Of a stretch of DNA of 64,000 nt, positions 23,787 to 37,274 are shown piece after piece. The notes beneath the pieces were generated by a model. That model worked only from the letters and a program-made list of their open reading frames with translations, ran no database searches and had not been told where the DNA came from. Both the position numbers and the translations under genes were made by a program. The DNA is taken from contig NW_003314302.1 in the NCBI RefSeq assembly GCF_000143415.4, forward strand, positions 18,065 to 82,064, written 5' to 3'. How positions within the stretch are numbered: the first letter of the stretch is position 1; every line of letters starts with the position of its first letter. The DNA is from Selaginella moellendorffii. Taxonomy: Eukaryota > Plantae > Lycopodiophyta.

Positions 23787-23978
23787 GGCGCCGAGACGCC
23801 GATAAACCCTAAACGCACGGACGAGTGGAATATACCCTCCTCTCGAGCCCTAAGTTTTTGGCTTGGAGAGATGGGGGATTGCGAGCATTGGAGCGCGCAT
23901 TCGCGGATCTGCTAGATTTCTGGGATCTGGAGTGATTTCTCAATGCAAATGCGCGCGGAGGAGTGTTCTTGACAAAGA
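23787..23978. promoter_or_regulatory. Bidirectional promoter RLP24/MON2 with telo-box
   Basis: Divergent ATGs are 192 bp apart. AAACCCTAA telo-box at ~23804-23812, typical of plant ribosome-biogenesis genes. Confidence 0.6.
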
Positions 23979-26900
23979 ATGGCGCTGGCAGCTGCCTTGG
24001 AGGCGGATTTGCGAGCTCTCTCGGCGGAAGCTCGACGCAAGTACCCGGCAGTGAAGGATGCAGCTGAGCACGCAATTCTTAAGGTGAGTGATGGCAAATT
24101 CTTGCGTTTGATCCGTGCGTATGCGATATTTCCAGCTGCGAACGATCACTGATCCCAGCCAAATCTCTCGAAACGATGATGTTCTCCGGCTCTACATGCT
24201 TGCCTGTGATACCAGGAACGTCAAGCTCAGCATTTTGGGACTCTCGTGCCTACAAAAGCTCTTGGCTCACGACGCGGTACCTCCTTTGGCGTTCCCACAA
24301 ATTCTTGAGACCTTGCAAGAGGTAGATTGGCCGTTTTTCATTCCTTTAGTGTAGTTCTAACGAGACGTTTGTGTTTTTTATTTCTCTTCTTCTTCTTTTG
24401 CCTTTGCAGCATTGTGAGATAAATGATGAAATTCTCCAGCTGAAAACTTTGCAAACAATTCTCACTATCCTTCAATCGAAGCTCCATCCAGGAGACGAGG
24501 TAAGTACGTATCCTCCTGTTTAACTTACAGTTTTTGCTTTGCTTTTGTAGAATAGTATGTCAATCCTTCTTGGTCTTTGCCTCGGCTTACTTGGTAAGAG
24601 TCGCAATCCTGATTCCGTCCAAAGGTAAGCGTGAGACTCTCTCAGTCGTAACCGAAGTGTTTTTTTTCACTCTTTCTCAGTACTGCGGCTGCGACTCTAC
24701 GTCAGGCTATAGCACTGATATTTGAACGTGTGGTTTATGCGGAAGATTTGCCTGCGCAGAAGGGTACGTCAAGCAGGCGGCCATCACGCTCGAACTCGGT
24801 TTCCGGAGATGTTAGTCGCAGCATGATGACAGCCAAGTAAGTACCTCAAATCTAGTTTGCTCACATAATGGAAGGAATGAACGCGTACTATCCACAATAA
24901 CGTAGGACTGAGGAAACTGCTCCTGGTTCCAGCTCGGAATCCAGAGTTTTTATGACGCAAGAAGGCCGGCTTGGGCTCAAGCTTTTTGAAGATCTAACGT
25001 CACTTGCGGCTGGTGGCCAGGTAGTGCTTTTGTTTTATACTGAACTTTATAAGAGATTGACTGGTGTCTTTTTTTACTCCAGGCAAAGTGGCTTTCTTTT
25101 CACTCCCTTCAACGAACATTCGCTTTTGACATGCTTGAGTGAGTATGATTGTTTTATTTAAATTGAGATTTTAACCAATTTGTCCCTCCTCAGCTATGTT
25201 CTTTCCAACTACATCTCGCTTTTCAAAAATATCCGACCCTATCAAGAGGTGGGATTTTCTGTTGTCAAACACGCAATTAATTGAAATTCTGCAGGTTCTT
25301 CGCAACCAAGTCTGCTCATTGCTAGCTACGTCTTTGAGAACGACAACAGGGGTTAGTGTTTCTATTGAAGTCCAAATGTTTTGACACTTGAATTGTAGGC
25401 TGAAGGTGAACCGCACTTTCGGCGAATCATATTGAGAGCTGTTGCTAATGTCATTAGACTATACAGTTCAATTGTGTTGGCGGAATGTGAGGTGCACTTC
25501 AATTGCCTTGGTTGTCTTCGTGTTGATTTTAAACTCGCAGGTTTTTGTGAGCTTTCTTGTGAAGAGTACGGATGCAAGTTTACCGTCATGGCATCGAATT
25601 ATGGTGCTTGAGATCTTACGTGTATGTCTCGCATTTGATTTTCTTTCACAATAACAGTCTGTCTCCTTTTTTTTTCTTCTTCTTTTTTGAGCAGGGGTTT
25701 TGCATTGAAGCAAGAATTTTGTGCTTTCTCTTCGAAACTTTTGATATGTACGTAGATTTCTTACTTCCTTACTGTTGTTTAACACTTCTTTGTGCAGGCA
25801 GCCTGAAAACTCGAATGTTGTTGGGGCCATGGTGAAGGCGCTATCGCGCATTGTCATCAGCATGCAGGTTTGTTATGCAGGCGCCTCTTATATGAATAAC
25901 GTTTCCATTTGCAATAGGCACATGATAACGAAGAAAGCTGGGCTGCCGTGTCGGGTATGTTCAACAGCAAAGCTAAAGGTAATGCGGTGTGACTTTCAAA
26001 TTTATGTCTAATTTGTTTTACATTAGGTGTTGAGTGGTCTTTGGATAACGATGTGAGTGGAGCTGCTATAGCAATTGTCAGTGAAGCGCATGCGATCACT
26101 TTAGCTGTCGAAGGTCTTCTAGGAGTTGTTTTTACGGTAGCCACGCTGACGGATGAAGCATCGGAGTCAGGAGAGGTACAAATTGCTGAGTTCTTAAATA
26201 CTTTATCGCATGTTGTTTCAGGTTGCCAGTCCAAGATGTGAAAATCCAAACTCTTCTGTTATAGTAATACGTGGAGGTCCATATGCGACGCTCTGCATTG
26301 CAATGGTGAACGCACTGTGGCGTACGCTTCTAGAAGCTCTATCCCTGGTTCTTTCTAGGTCTGTTTCATTGCTCTATTGAGGCAAGCTTCTACTTATTTC
26401 TGCTAATAATTATCAGGTGCCAGGGAGAGGCTTTAGTGCTGGAAATTTTAAAGGCCTACCAAGCGTTTACGCAGGTTTGAAATCAGTTGGCCATTGCATT
26501 TTTTGGACTTCACTTTTCCTAGGCATGTGGAGTGCTTCGCATCGTTGAACCTCGAGATGCTTTCCTTTCTTCTCTATGCAAGTTCACTATCGCACAACCA
26601 GTTGAACTAGAAAAAGCTACGAGGTAATGGATGGGTGGCTGCAGGCACAACGCAAATTGATTGGTTCTTGCTATGTGTTTATTAGTGGAGGACATCTCAT
26701 TCCGTTGATTCCTCTGACACCCGCTGCCTTAAAACGCTCCGAACCACCTGCAGAACCGCGAGAGAGTGTAGTTTTGACACCGAAAAACGTCCAAGTAAGT
26801 TTCTAAGTTCCTGGCCTCCGCCACGATTCCTAACGCTTTTTGCAGGCTTTGAGAACGCTTTTTAATGTCGCGCATCGGCTTGACAATGTTCTTGATTCGT

Positions 26901-29900
26901 CTTGGATACTGGTATTGCTCTATCCAAAGTCTACGTCGTAAGGACGTGGAATTATTATTATTATTTTTGCAGGTTTTGGAAACTTTAGCGGCCCTGGACC
27001 GTGTCATTCACTCCCCACATGCAACAACACAGGTCCGTGTGAATTTAAAAACAGAATACGTATGCGTTATGCGAACATGCTTACGGCAACTTTAGGAAAT
27101 TTCAACTGTCGTTCCTCGGATTACTCGTGATCAAGGAAGTCAGTCAAGTGATTTCAACATTTTATCAACTCTAGATGCTCAGGTACGCGAAGCATTGATA
27201 AAAGGACTAATAAGTTGTCTCTCTTGTTAGCTTTTTGAAAGCTCCGGCATTATGAGTACTCCCGCCGTCCGTTCGCTACTTGCGGGACTTATGGAAGTCT
27301 CAAGCAATGGAGTTCAGGGGTTAACAACAGGCCTTGGCCTTGCTGGCACCAGTTCTGGTCCGAGAACTCCAGGGGCACAAGGACAGCAAACAGGATCAAA
27401 AATGTTTGCAGTTGAACGCATGATAACAGTACTTATGAACAATGTGCACAGTAAGCTCGGTTTTTAATTTGGACTCGTTTCTTAACTGGTATTCAGGGGC
27501 GCACGTGTTTTGGGAGGAACTGACTGACCACTTTATCAAGGTCCGTCTTTGGCATGTTTTTGCCTATCTCATTTTGTCTATACGCAGCTGGCAGAGCACG
27601 AAAGTTCTCAAGTTCGTACTGTGGCTCTGGATGCGCTCGATAGATCAATATGTGCTGTATTGGCGTGTGATCAAGTGCGTCAAGACGCAGCTGATGATCC
27701 CTCGACACTGAGAAAAGACGCTTTTGAATGTGCGGTCATACTACCGATCAAGACTTTATTCGATAATTGTCAAAAGGATGAAGTTCAGTCAAGTTCCTTG
27801 AAGATCTTGCTGCATCTTTTGGAGGTACATGTTTCCTCACCTCTGTGTTTATTGATTTAAAGTTGTGCAGAGGCATGGTGAAAAGCTGCATCACAGCTGG
27901 CCTGATATATTGGACCTGTTAAGGTGAGCATTTATGGCGCCAATCAGCTAAGCTCGTGGTGTTATTCTTACCAGATCAGTAGCCAATACTTGTGACAAGG
28001 AGTTAGTGCCACTTGGTTTCCAGGTTTGTGACTGAACCACTTGATCGTTTATGTTCCTAATATTGTTGTGGCAGAGTTTGCAAGTTATCCTGAATGACTG
28101 TCTCATGTCAATACCTTCGACTGCTATGGACATGTACGGCTTTGTCTCACAGTTTTCAGTGTTTGAAGTAAAATCTCATCGCAGGTGTGTGGACGTTGCT
28201 GCCGCATATGGAGCACAGAAGACGGATATTAATATTAGTCTGACTTCTGTAGGTCTCTTATGGGCAACATCAGATTTTTTTGCGAGAGGTGTCAACCATG
28301 AAATTCAAGAAACAGAAGATCGGAACGTAGGATCAGCTACATCCGGAAGAAAGGACCTGGATTGTGATACGCTGCTTCTCGCAGTGCTTGGTGTTATACA
28401 AAAGCTTGGGACAGATGATAGGCCGGAGGTAATTCTTTCAGGAGGTTTTTGTTTAACACTTGAGCATATTGTGTAGGTCCGGAATTCAGCAATCCGCACT
28501 CTTTTTCAATCTGTGAGCAGTCATGGCCACAGGTTCTCAGGGGATTTGTGGGACAATTGTTTGTGGATTTTGATCTTTCCACTGGTAGAAACAGTTCGAC
28601 ACCTAGTAAGCGTTTTTGCTAGCCATGTTTTTTGTGATTTCATTCATGTTTTCATACGGTCAGGCGGCAAACTCTTCAAAGGAAGAGTCGGTTGGAAAGG
28701 AGTTGGGAATGCATGGTGGCAAACCAGTTCACATGCTCGTACATCACAGGTATTGGCATCTACCTGTGAACTTGTCAGACGATGCGGATTTTTGAAACAG
28801 TCGAAATACCGCTCAAAAGCAATGGGATGAGAGCTTGGTGCTTGTTTTAAATGGACTAGGACGCCTACTAAAACCTTTTCTACATTTGTTCCAAACTCTA
28901 GATCAATTTGGAGAAGGTATGATATAAACAGCTTGTGATTTCACTCATCATCTTTGTCTTCTTTTCAGCATGGACGACGATATTACTATTTGGACAGGAA
29001 AGTATCGTTAATGGCAGCAAGGAAGTAGCCCTTGCAGCAATTAGTACGTTACAAACAATTGTCGTGGCTTATGCATCTAAGGTATTATTCTGTTCTTAGT
29101 AATCAAATATTGCAAGTCGCCTCTTGTTTCCTACAGGGAAGCGTGGGCATGGACTATTTCAAGACTGCATTCAACACCTACGAAAAGATTGTTTATAATG
29201 TGTGCCATTCAAGCAGCAAGGTTATGGCCAAGGCAAAACAAGAGCTACTTCAAAGTCTTGGTACGCAATCGTTTGTTCGATGTTATAAAAAACTGTTTTC
29301 TTTTTCTTTCTCTCAGCCGAAGTTTATGTGCAAGGATATAAAATGTTTGATCAGTCTACATATTTACGCCTTCTAGCTCTAACAGACCTGCTATCACGTA
29401 ATCCCGTGAATTCAAGCGATGGTTCTGCCGCTGGTCGAGTAAGCATCCTTTTGTGATAAGATGTAAAGGTTTTGTGCTTATGGTACTCATGATCAGGGCG
29501 GAATTCCTCAAGTTCAGAGGACATCTCTTGAAGTTCTCCCCACTATAAAACCACTCGATGCGACCCTTGCACCAATGTGGCCATCGTATTTCCAGCAACT
29601 CGTATCATATTTACCAGGTGGTGAACAATGCGAACACTGTAAGCTGGGTGAAGAGATTTATACAAAACAGCAAACTTTGGAGTCCGCTCTCAGCAAGCTT
29701 CCTAGCTCCAAGTGTAGCACAACGAACGGGCAGCAAGAAAACATCTCACAAGGATTTTCAGAAAAAGTTGCGGATATCCTCGTCGATCTGTACAAACTTA
29801 TGCCATCTGATAGTAAGGAACTTGTTCTTCCTGACATTATTGGGGGGCTTGGAAGGTACGTCCTCGTCTGTTTTCAACAGTGTAGTTTGCTAATATATTT

Positions 29901-31037
29901 TCAGGTGTATGGCAATGAGGCGAGACTTTCCAGACGCCGGTATATGGAGAACAGCCGTCAAAGCTTACAATCGGATCCTACAGGACGAGTTCAGCCCCGA
30001 GGCCTCTGGAAAGGACAGGATAAGTACTGTCAGAGCTCACGTATGGAAGGAGTTGATCGAGACATACGAGAACTTTTTAGTAGGCACCTGCGGTCGAGCA
30101 GTTGTGCTTCCCTCTGGCGAACCTGCGGCAGAAGCTCTGAAAGCGGACGAAAGCTTAGAGGCTTGCATGCTCGACGTTTTGTCTGAGAAAGTTTTTGCGT
30201 GTTGCGAAGATGCTCCGGAAGATGTCATCTCGAGATTCATCGATCTCATTGATCGCTGCGCTGCTCGAACGTGTGCATTATCTCTGGAGAGTGCTGCTCT
30301 TCTGCCTCACAATTGCGGGAGGTTTTCCTTGTTGTGTCTTCAAAAGCTCTTTCACATATGCAGGTATTGTAGCTATTATACTTGGATTGGCCGACGATGG
30401 TTTTTCCCCCCTTTTTTTGTTGTGCAGCTGTGGCGATGAAGGTCTAGTGAATCCTTCAAGGATCGCTGTGAGTAGGATGGCTCTTCCAGTTTTGATGGGA
30501 CGATGCAACGTAATCATCCGCCAGTTTTCGTTCGACGAGAAACTTAATGGTAAGTTGATTTTCATTTACCTGGTATGAAGTTCTTTTTGATACTGATTGT
30601 GTGATTTAGAAGGGGCTTTGTTACCAAGCGTGCGAAAAGAGGAGATGTACTGCGTGCTCGAGGAACTCTCGAGATTAGTACTTCATCCACTGACCGCGAC
30701 TACTCTCAAGCCATCTAGGAATCAGCTGGCGGGAACAACACAAAAGCGAAAGCTGTCCACCATTAGAGACTCTTTATCTGTTTCCAATGGCTCCGAGCAA
30801 GGAGCTTCTGAGCGTGCTCACTTGCTGTTACTCTATTCACCTCTTTGTGATCTGGTAACTTCAAGGTAAGGATTTACTTCTGTTTTTTCTTTGCAGCATC
30901 TAATCCTGGGAAGAAATCATTTTAGAGACGACAAAATCCGGGAGTCTCTCCAAGTGCTGCTCCGGCTTGTTGGCCGTGAGTTTGGCGTTATCCAGGATGA
31001 TCAAACTCAAAGCGACCTGCAACACAAAGATACGTGA
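23979..31037 (+). CDS. MON2: MON2 homolog (large ARF-GEF-like ARM-repeat protein), many short introns
   Basis: MALAAALEADLRALSAEARRKYPAVKDAAEHAILK, LSCLQKL, QLKTLQTILTI, TAAATLRQA, LTPKNVQALR, DINISLTSVGLLW, DDRPEVRNSAIRTLFQ and HHSRNTAQKQWDE. Ends ...QHKDT*. Confidence 0.93.
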
Positions 31038-31151
31038 ATCTTAAAAGCAGTTTTGGTAGTTCATTTAACGTCTCGAGAAGGAAATTCAGATAAGCTGATT
31101 GAACGAGCGCATTTTCCATGGTGGATCATGCGAAATGTGTTTCCTCGGTGC

Positions 31152-31184
31152 CACGTGTGAAGTGAACGGCGAGTACTTATTTAA
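31152..31184 (+). promoter_or_regulatory. G-box (CACGTG) and TATA-like TATTTAA of the Pin-II gene
   Basis: CACGTG at 31152-31157 and TATTTAA at 31178-31184, about 30 nt before the ATG. Confidence 0.5.
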
Positions 31185-31214
31185 GCGGTGCCTTTGATCA
31201 TGCTTCTCCAGAAG

Positions 31215-31599
31215 ATGGGACTCCAGACGGCCTCTTTGATCGTTTTCCTCTTGGTGGTTTCAGTGGGTATGCATCCTTCTGTGTTTTCCTCGTTTGTTTA
31301 GTTCCTTTGCCCATTCTGCTGATCTTTGCTCTGCTTGTTTCAGCGTGCTCGGGACACTCCCTGCGAGTTGAAAATGCCGGTAAGCAAGGGCTTCTTTTTC
31401 AGGATTTTCATTCCAAGACGAGCCTCAAGTTTAGATTCTTCTTGCAGGAAGTAGCAAAGTGTGTCCGCTGTTTTGCAACCTCGACTTGAAAGTAGTGTGC
31501 GGCAACAAAGAACTCGACGGTGCGTGTTACAATTGCTGCAACTTACCAGATGGATGCCGCTTCGTCAATCCAAATGGCACCACTGCCGCCTGCTCGTAG
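31215..31599 (+). CDS. Secreted single-domain potato type II (Pin-II) serine protease inhibitor, ~79 aa, 3 exons
   Basis: Spliced product MGLQTASLIVFLLVVSVACSGHSLRVENAGSSKVCPLFCNLDLKVVCGNKELDGACYNCCNLPDGCRFVNPNGTTAACS*. It has a signal peptide and the 8-Cys CPxxC...C...CxNCC...GC...C Pin-II pattern. A G-box and TATA-like motif lie upstream. Confidence 0.85.
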
Positions 31600-31781
31600 C
31601 TTCTAGCGGTCTCTAACAAAAGAAAATCAAGAGAAGAACAAGTTTTGAAGCCTTGATCTTTGATAAGGAGGAGCTCCATTTTCCTCCTCTTTCAAAGTCA
31701 ATAAAGCTGCCTTTGGAAGGAGTGTAGTCTAAATTCTAAGCTGTGTGTATGAGTGCAATGAAGCAGAGTTGACCGCTCCGC

Positions 31782-31809
31782 TTTTTAATCGACATATGTC
31801 GATTAAAAA
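31782..31809. repeat. Perfect 28-bp palindrome
   Basis: TTTTTAATCGACAT|ATGTCGATTAAAAA. Confidence 0.95.
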
Positions 31810-33341
31810 CTGAGTTAGCAGCCAAGTGGTGTAAATAATGTGATGATATGTACATTATTAGATTTTGTGTGCTCGATAAGATACTTGCTGTCTTTCTTGA
31901 AGTATTCTAGCATTTATCAATGCAAGAATTTGAATAAATAAATACAATGCTCTATCCATGAAATTTCCTTCTTTTCTTCGTCGGCTGAAGGTGGCGCAAG
32001 CATTCAGAGCAGGAGTAAAGTCGAGGCATTCACTGATCCATTCGAACATAGCTTTGCTTTGAAACGTGTTCTTGACATATCGCCTCCAGGACACAAGGCT
32101 GTGAAAGCACATCCTGTCGAAAGTCCACTTTGCTGGGTACTTGGGTTTTTTCTTCTTCTTTTTTCACGATCTTCCTCCCATGGCGCCGTCCAATTGGCAA
32201 TGCCCAATGTGGTGGAGATCTCGCCCTTCCGGAGCTTCCACACGGCGGCGCAGCAATCCATTCCCTCCATCCCTGGGGGACATTCGCAATCGCTGGGCCA
32301 CAATCCAGCGGCCAACTGCTTCGCCCAACAGGTTCTCCAGGCTGGGGATCCACTGCTGAGCAAGCGTGCCGTGGAGGTCTCCCTGGATGCGATTGGGAGC
32401 TGCGCGATCGAGAGGGTGATCAAGATTTGGTTGCGGCATGAGGAATTTGGGAGCGTTGGCCCCGTGAGCTCCTCAAATCAGTCACGCGCTCCAGGTAACG
32501 AAAAATTCGCGTTTTGGGGCAAATTGGTGTTCGTCTAGATCATTGTTCTTGAGGATCAAGCCTTCATGGTTCGTGAAAAACTCCTCTCTCTTTCTCTCGC
32601 TCGCATTAAATTCCCATCTTAAATCCAAAGCTGGTAGTGACCCATCTGGAGACATTGCTGCCGAGTTGAGTGAAAGAACAAACGGAAATTGTCATTTAGA
32701 AAGTTTACCTTCACATTCATTTGATCAACAATCAGATTGTAGTGAGCAATAAAGACTAAATTGGAGAAAATATCTTTGTGAAATTAATTAATGGCAAAAG
32801 AAGCAATATAAATCTTCTTGTTTAAAGAATATTAAACTCTTCCCAAACAAGAGATCTCCAATACAACTACACATTCTATAAATATGTTGATTACTTAATT
32901 TGCATTACTATAGAAGAGTTATTTAATACTAAAGTAGATAAATTCCCAAATGTTTATTTGCAATTTTCGTGTCTACTATTTAGTTGGAAAATATATAAAT
33001 TTATTTTTTTATAGATACAATTCCACCCCACTATAACTCGTTAAAAAAAAAGAAATTATTTATCTTGAAGATACAACATTACTCTGTCGTGGAATCGTAA
33101 AAACCATATAATCAGTCCAACAGATATACATAGCTTGTTGATGAAATATAAAAGAATTTTATGATGAGAAAAAAATGGTTAACTAGGAATTTCTTACTAA
33201 AACACTAAATGAATTGTTAATCTTAAACACCCTTCCACCATCTGTTGCTTAGGTCTTGGAAATTATACTTCTATATATGATATTTAGACACTGTATACAT
33301 ATAATTTTATTAGTGTAAATGAGATGTAAAGGCTTATGGAT

Positions 33342-33478
33342 GATATATGTATATAATATATATACATAAATACATACATACATATATATACACATACATA
33401 TACATATGTATACATCTCATTTACACTAATAAAATTATATATATACAGTGTTTATATATATGTGTGTGTATGTGTGAA
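33342..33478. repeat. Degenerate (TA)n/(TACA)n/(TG)n microsatellite
   Basis: Direct reading of low-complexity TA, TACA and TG runs. Confidence 0.85.
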
Positions 33479-33713
33479 TATGGAAATGGAATAAAGAAAT
33501 GTATATATCAATTAGTCCAAAACCCCTAGATTATACATAGAAGTAAATGGTTCAAATTAAAATCAATCCAACAGCTATCAAAATCCCATTATATTAATAT
33601 TAGTATATGGCATTGTAGCCATACACTTAGACTACATATCATTTCTTCTCAGAATGATAGAAAACAATTAAGGTTTTCTCATGGATGGGCTGGGATCAAA
33701 AAAAACAACTATA

Positions 33714-34249
33714 GAATTCTAAAAGTGAAAGGAAAATATTATTATTTTATTTTTTTATTATTGGCTGGAGAAGGAGTGCAAAATGTCTTGGTGAGCTAGA
33801 GGGAGGAGCTTACTGAGAGCTAGGTGACATTACACCATAGAAATCTAAAACTATAACTTGCAGTGTACATGTTTAAAAGATTATAGTGAGCTATATCTAT
33901 AGAAGGAAAAAGGAAAAGTCCCTTGTAGATTGATCAAACAGATCATTAAAAAGTATTAACTTAGGTGCATCTCCACTGTAGTCATGCAATCAAATTTTGT
34001 GGAAGGGAAGATATATATTTGATTTGCTCCAGCACACAAACAGCACAAACATGCCATTGACCTTACCAATTCGATCATATATACCAAGCAATCACACACA
34101 ATGTTGTGCCATTGAATTCTCGATGACCCTGCCAGCATATACAAGCCTTCCTCACCATTTGAACAAGAAAGACGCTAGACAACAAGCTAGAAATAGTGAA
34201 TGAGAATGAACTTTTAAACGCATTTTATTATAGTCGTAACTACATCACA
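33714..34249 (+). repeat. Block A, copy 1 (other copies ~40232-40765 and ~56157-56691)
   Basis: Near-identical sequence; the same spurious ORFs (MWKGRYIFD...) occur at 33997, 40513 and 56439. Confidence 0.9.
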
Positions 34250-37200
34250 TGCCTGGGGTATTATGTTCATATTGGCCAAGTATATAACTCAATGACATGA
34301 GTTTAGCGTTTGGATCTTGTGAAGGTAAGTTGAAAGAATGATTGTTGGTTGCTTGGCAACTAGTGATTGCTTGTAAACTTTGTCGAGAATTATTAGACAC
34401 TTGCTGTGCTCGATGAAGATTTAGCAGTGATGGGCTTGCTTTACCGGATGGTGTTGCGGAGGATCATGTCATTAGGCTTGCATGGTTTTTCTATATTGGC
34501 ATGTCGATTCCTTTGTCAATATCATTTAGTTATGTTTGGTCTATAGTATTGGATTTTATTGAGTCTTGGATGTGGTGAATCACTCTTTGATGATGTGTTA
34601 TCTGAAATTGAGTATTTTTGAAGGATTAGTCTCAAATACTAACTAAGGTATTATAAACAACCAAAGGGAACGATTCAAGAGACGGTCCTAGGGTTCAAAT
34701 ATAGAAGGAAAGTGCCCATGAATAAGAGTGCACCCCCTTTTTCAATCAGTTAATAGTCTTGGGATATTTGGGGTTAAACATCCTTGGGTTTGAATAGTAT
34801 TGGGTTGGGTGACCTCTCGGAAAGTCCAAACTCAGAAGCTTACAGATATCTTCGTGTTTGGTTAGTTTGGTTGCTAAAGAGCTTTGAGTGGTGATTCACT
34901 CTTGCTTTCTATTTTTCTGTAGGATTGATATTGAGTTTCATTAGTCTCAATGCAAAGTGTTAATGTTTGGGCTGTAGCTTTGTGTTTTTGGCATTTGGTG
35001 CATTTGCTAATTAAAAATTGTATTGACATTCAAATAAGCTGAGTGGCAAATTGAGTTAGTTGTGTTTTAGACGAGATTGTTTAGTAAAGGTTGAGCTTTA
35101 GCTTTTCCTTGAAAAGTGATATAGTCGTGGACTATACTAGCTTTACGAAAGGATGAGTTAGTGATCGATATTGAATATTTGAGTCTTTATTTGATTTCTA
35201 TTGGGATATATCGATCATTGATGATTCTTCTTTTGCTTGTTGTGAAGTGAGTTACATGCTGCTATAGATGGATTTATGGAGGATCGATTAGATAATCACT
35301 TGTTGAGCATAGCTTTGTTATGGTTAACTTTTGGATTGATGCAAACATGCTTTTCATTAGCTTCACATTATGAAGTTTAGCTTATGGATGTGTTGAGAAG
35401 GATATTGTGGGTTGTACCATGATTTCTTCTTTAGCATTGAAATTAGTTCATATGAGACTCATGATCATTGTTATACAAGACTTGGCTATAAACTTCTTTG
35501 AGTTTTTGGTTCTTTGAGTTTTCATGCTTGTGGTCCATTTGTTTGAAGTTGTTCGGGAAAACATTTTTTTAGCTCATTAGCTTCAATGTTGAAATTAGTA
35601 TTTGCATCTGGCAATCATTGGTAATGATTGACTATAATTTAGGATAGTTGATTATTCTTGTCAAAAAGTTTTGCTTGGTTATTGTTGATTTAGAATGATT
35701 TGCTATTCTTCGGGATGGTAGATTCCTTCTTCGACAGTGATCATGCATCTTTTCAATGATAAGATGATTGATAATCTTTTATGATAGTTATTTTCTTTGA
35801 TGGCTTTTGGCTTTTCGCATTACCACATGTTCTTTGTGGTTTGCTCTGGATTGGTCTTTTAGGTTTGAAACATCGGTAGGATGTTGCTAACACTTGCTGA
35901 GCAACTCTGGTTCTTTGGTATTATTGACTAGGATCTATTCAAATTAGTTAGTGTGATAGTTGGCATGAATGAGGGTTTGTTTTCTTTGCAATATTCATTC
36001 TATTTTGTTGACTATTATTACTATCACTTCTGATAGGTTGGATGTTATCTCTTTCGGATGATACATTTGTAAACATTTTTCTTACCAGTCAATGATACTT
36101 TGTATTCTTTGCATTATCTTTTGTAAGTTATTTAGCATTCTGTCTACAATCTTTGATAGTTATGTTTTGTCATTGAGTGTCCTTGATGATACACTAGCTA
36201 TTGAATTTTGTTGGATGGTGAAATCTTTAGTCATGGGGTAGCTACAGTCGGCTGGTCACATAACCCGCCTCTTTGTCGATGTTCCTTATTCTGTTGAAAG
36301 GGCTTGACCGTGTAAACAACTCTAACTACCTGTTTATAGTAGTCTATTTAAACCTTACTAACGGGTTTGGTTTCTTTGCTCAAGAGGGTTGGGGCCTCTA
36401 GCTTCTCTCTCTATGTCCCTGTAGGCAGAGGCGTATCACACTTTTGTAAGTTTGGTGACACCTATAGCAGCAAGGGTGGCTAACTCTATTGGTCATTTCC
36501 TTGTTAGTGACGGCCGGAAGGTATCTGAGCTAGTAGCGCATTTGCATTAGTCAAAGAGGTTACTTTCACTCATTTAAGTTGGTGCATTTCTCACATAGTG
36601 TGATCACCATGAATTTTTTCTAGAGTTGTTTCCTTGCCAGTGGTCTAGACTCGAGTATGCATCAATGAGGATATCAATTCTTCCCTAGGGGGGGAGAGTG
36701 TCGCGAATGTGAATTCGGATATTGAAAGTTATCTGTCGGCTAGTACTTTCAGATATTCTTTCCTTACTGCCACGACGGCAGGAGGTTAATATTGCTAGAC
36801 CTGTTATTAGTTCCCACTTGAGCTAGTTGAAAAACTGGTTATTGACCATACACTTAAATTGGATAAACATAAGGTAGGAACCCTATGTGTTTGTTACTGA
36901 GAATATTTGGCCTAGTTTGAGAAACTCCTTTTATTGGCTTGTACTTACTACTATCAAGAATCCCTGTGATATTGAAATTAGTCCCTCAATATTCACTAAA
37001 TGATAACTTACTATGTCTGCCAAACACCCTCACTATCATGCCCTTTGTGTTAGTTTCATTTTGATCCCAAATACTATTTATGGAAAGTGTTTAAATTTAC
37101 TCATTTGGCATATTTACGGAATGTAAAGATTATCCTGAATATAATGGTGTTCGTCCCGTATCCAAATTTGCAATCTAAAGACATTTCATATTTAATGAGT

Positions 37201-37274
37201 TTCAAGCTTGTCCTAGAGACTAACTCCTAATACTAAGGGAAGCTTGGGGTGAAAGCCTAAAGCATGTGTTCCTC

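Noticed and set aside
33347-33529. 60-aa YI-rich ORF
   Set aside because: Translation of a TA/TACA microsatellite.
33956-34203. Conserved small ORFs repeated three times (block A)
   Set aside because: Conservation reflects recent DNA duplication; there is no motif or coding evidence.
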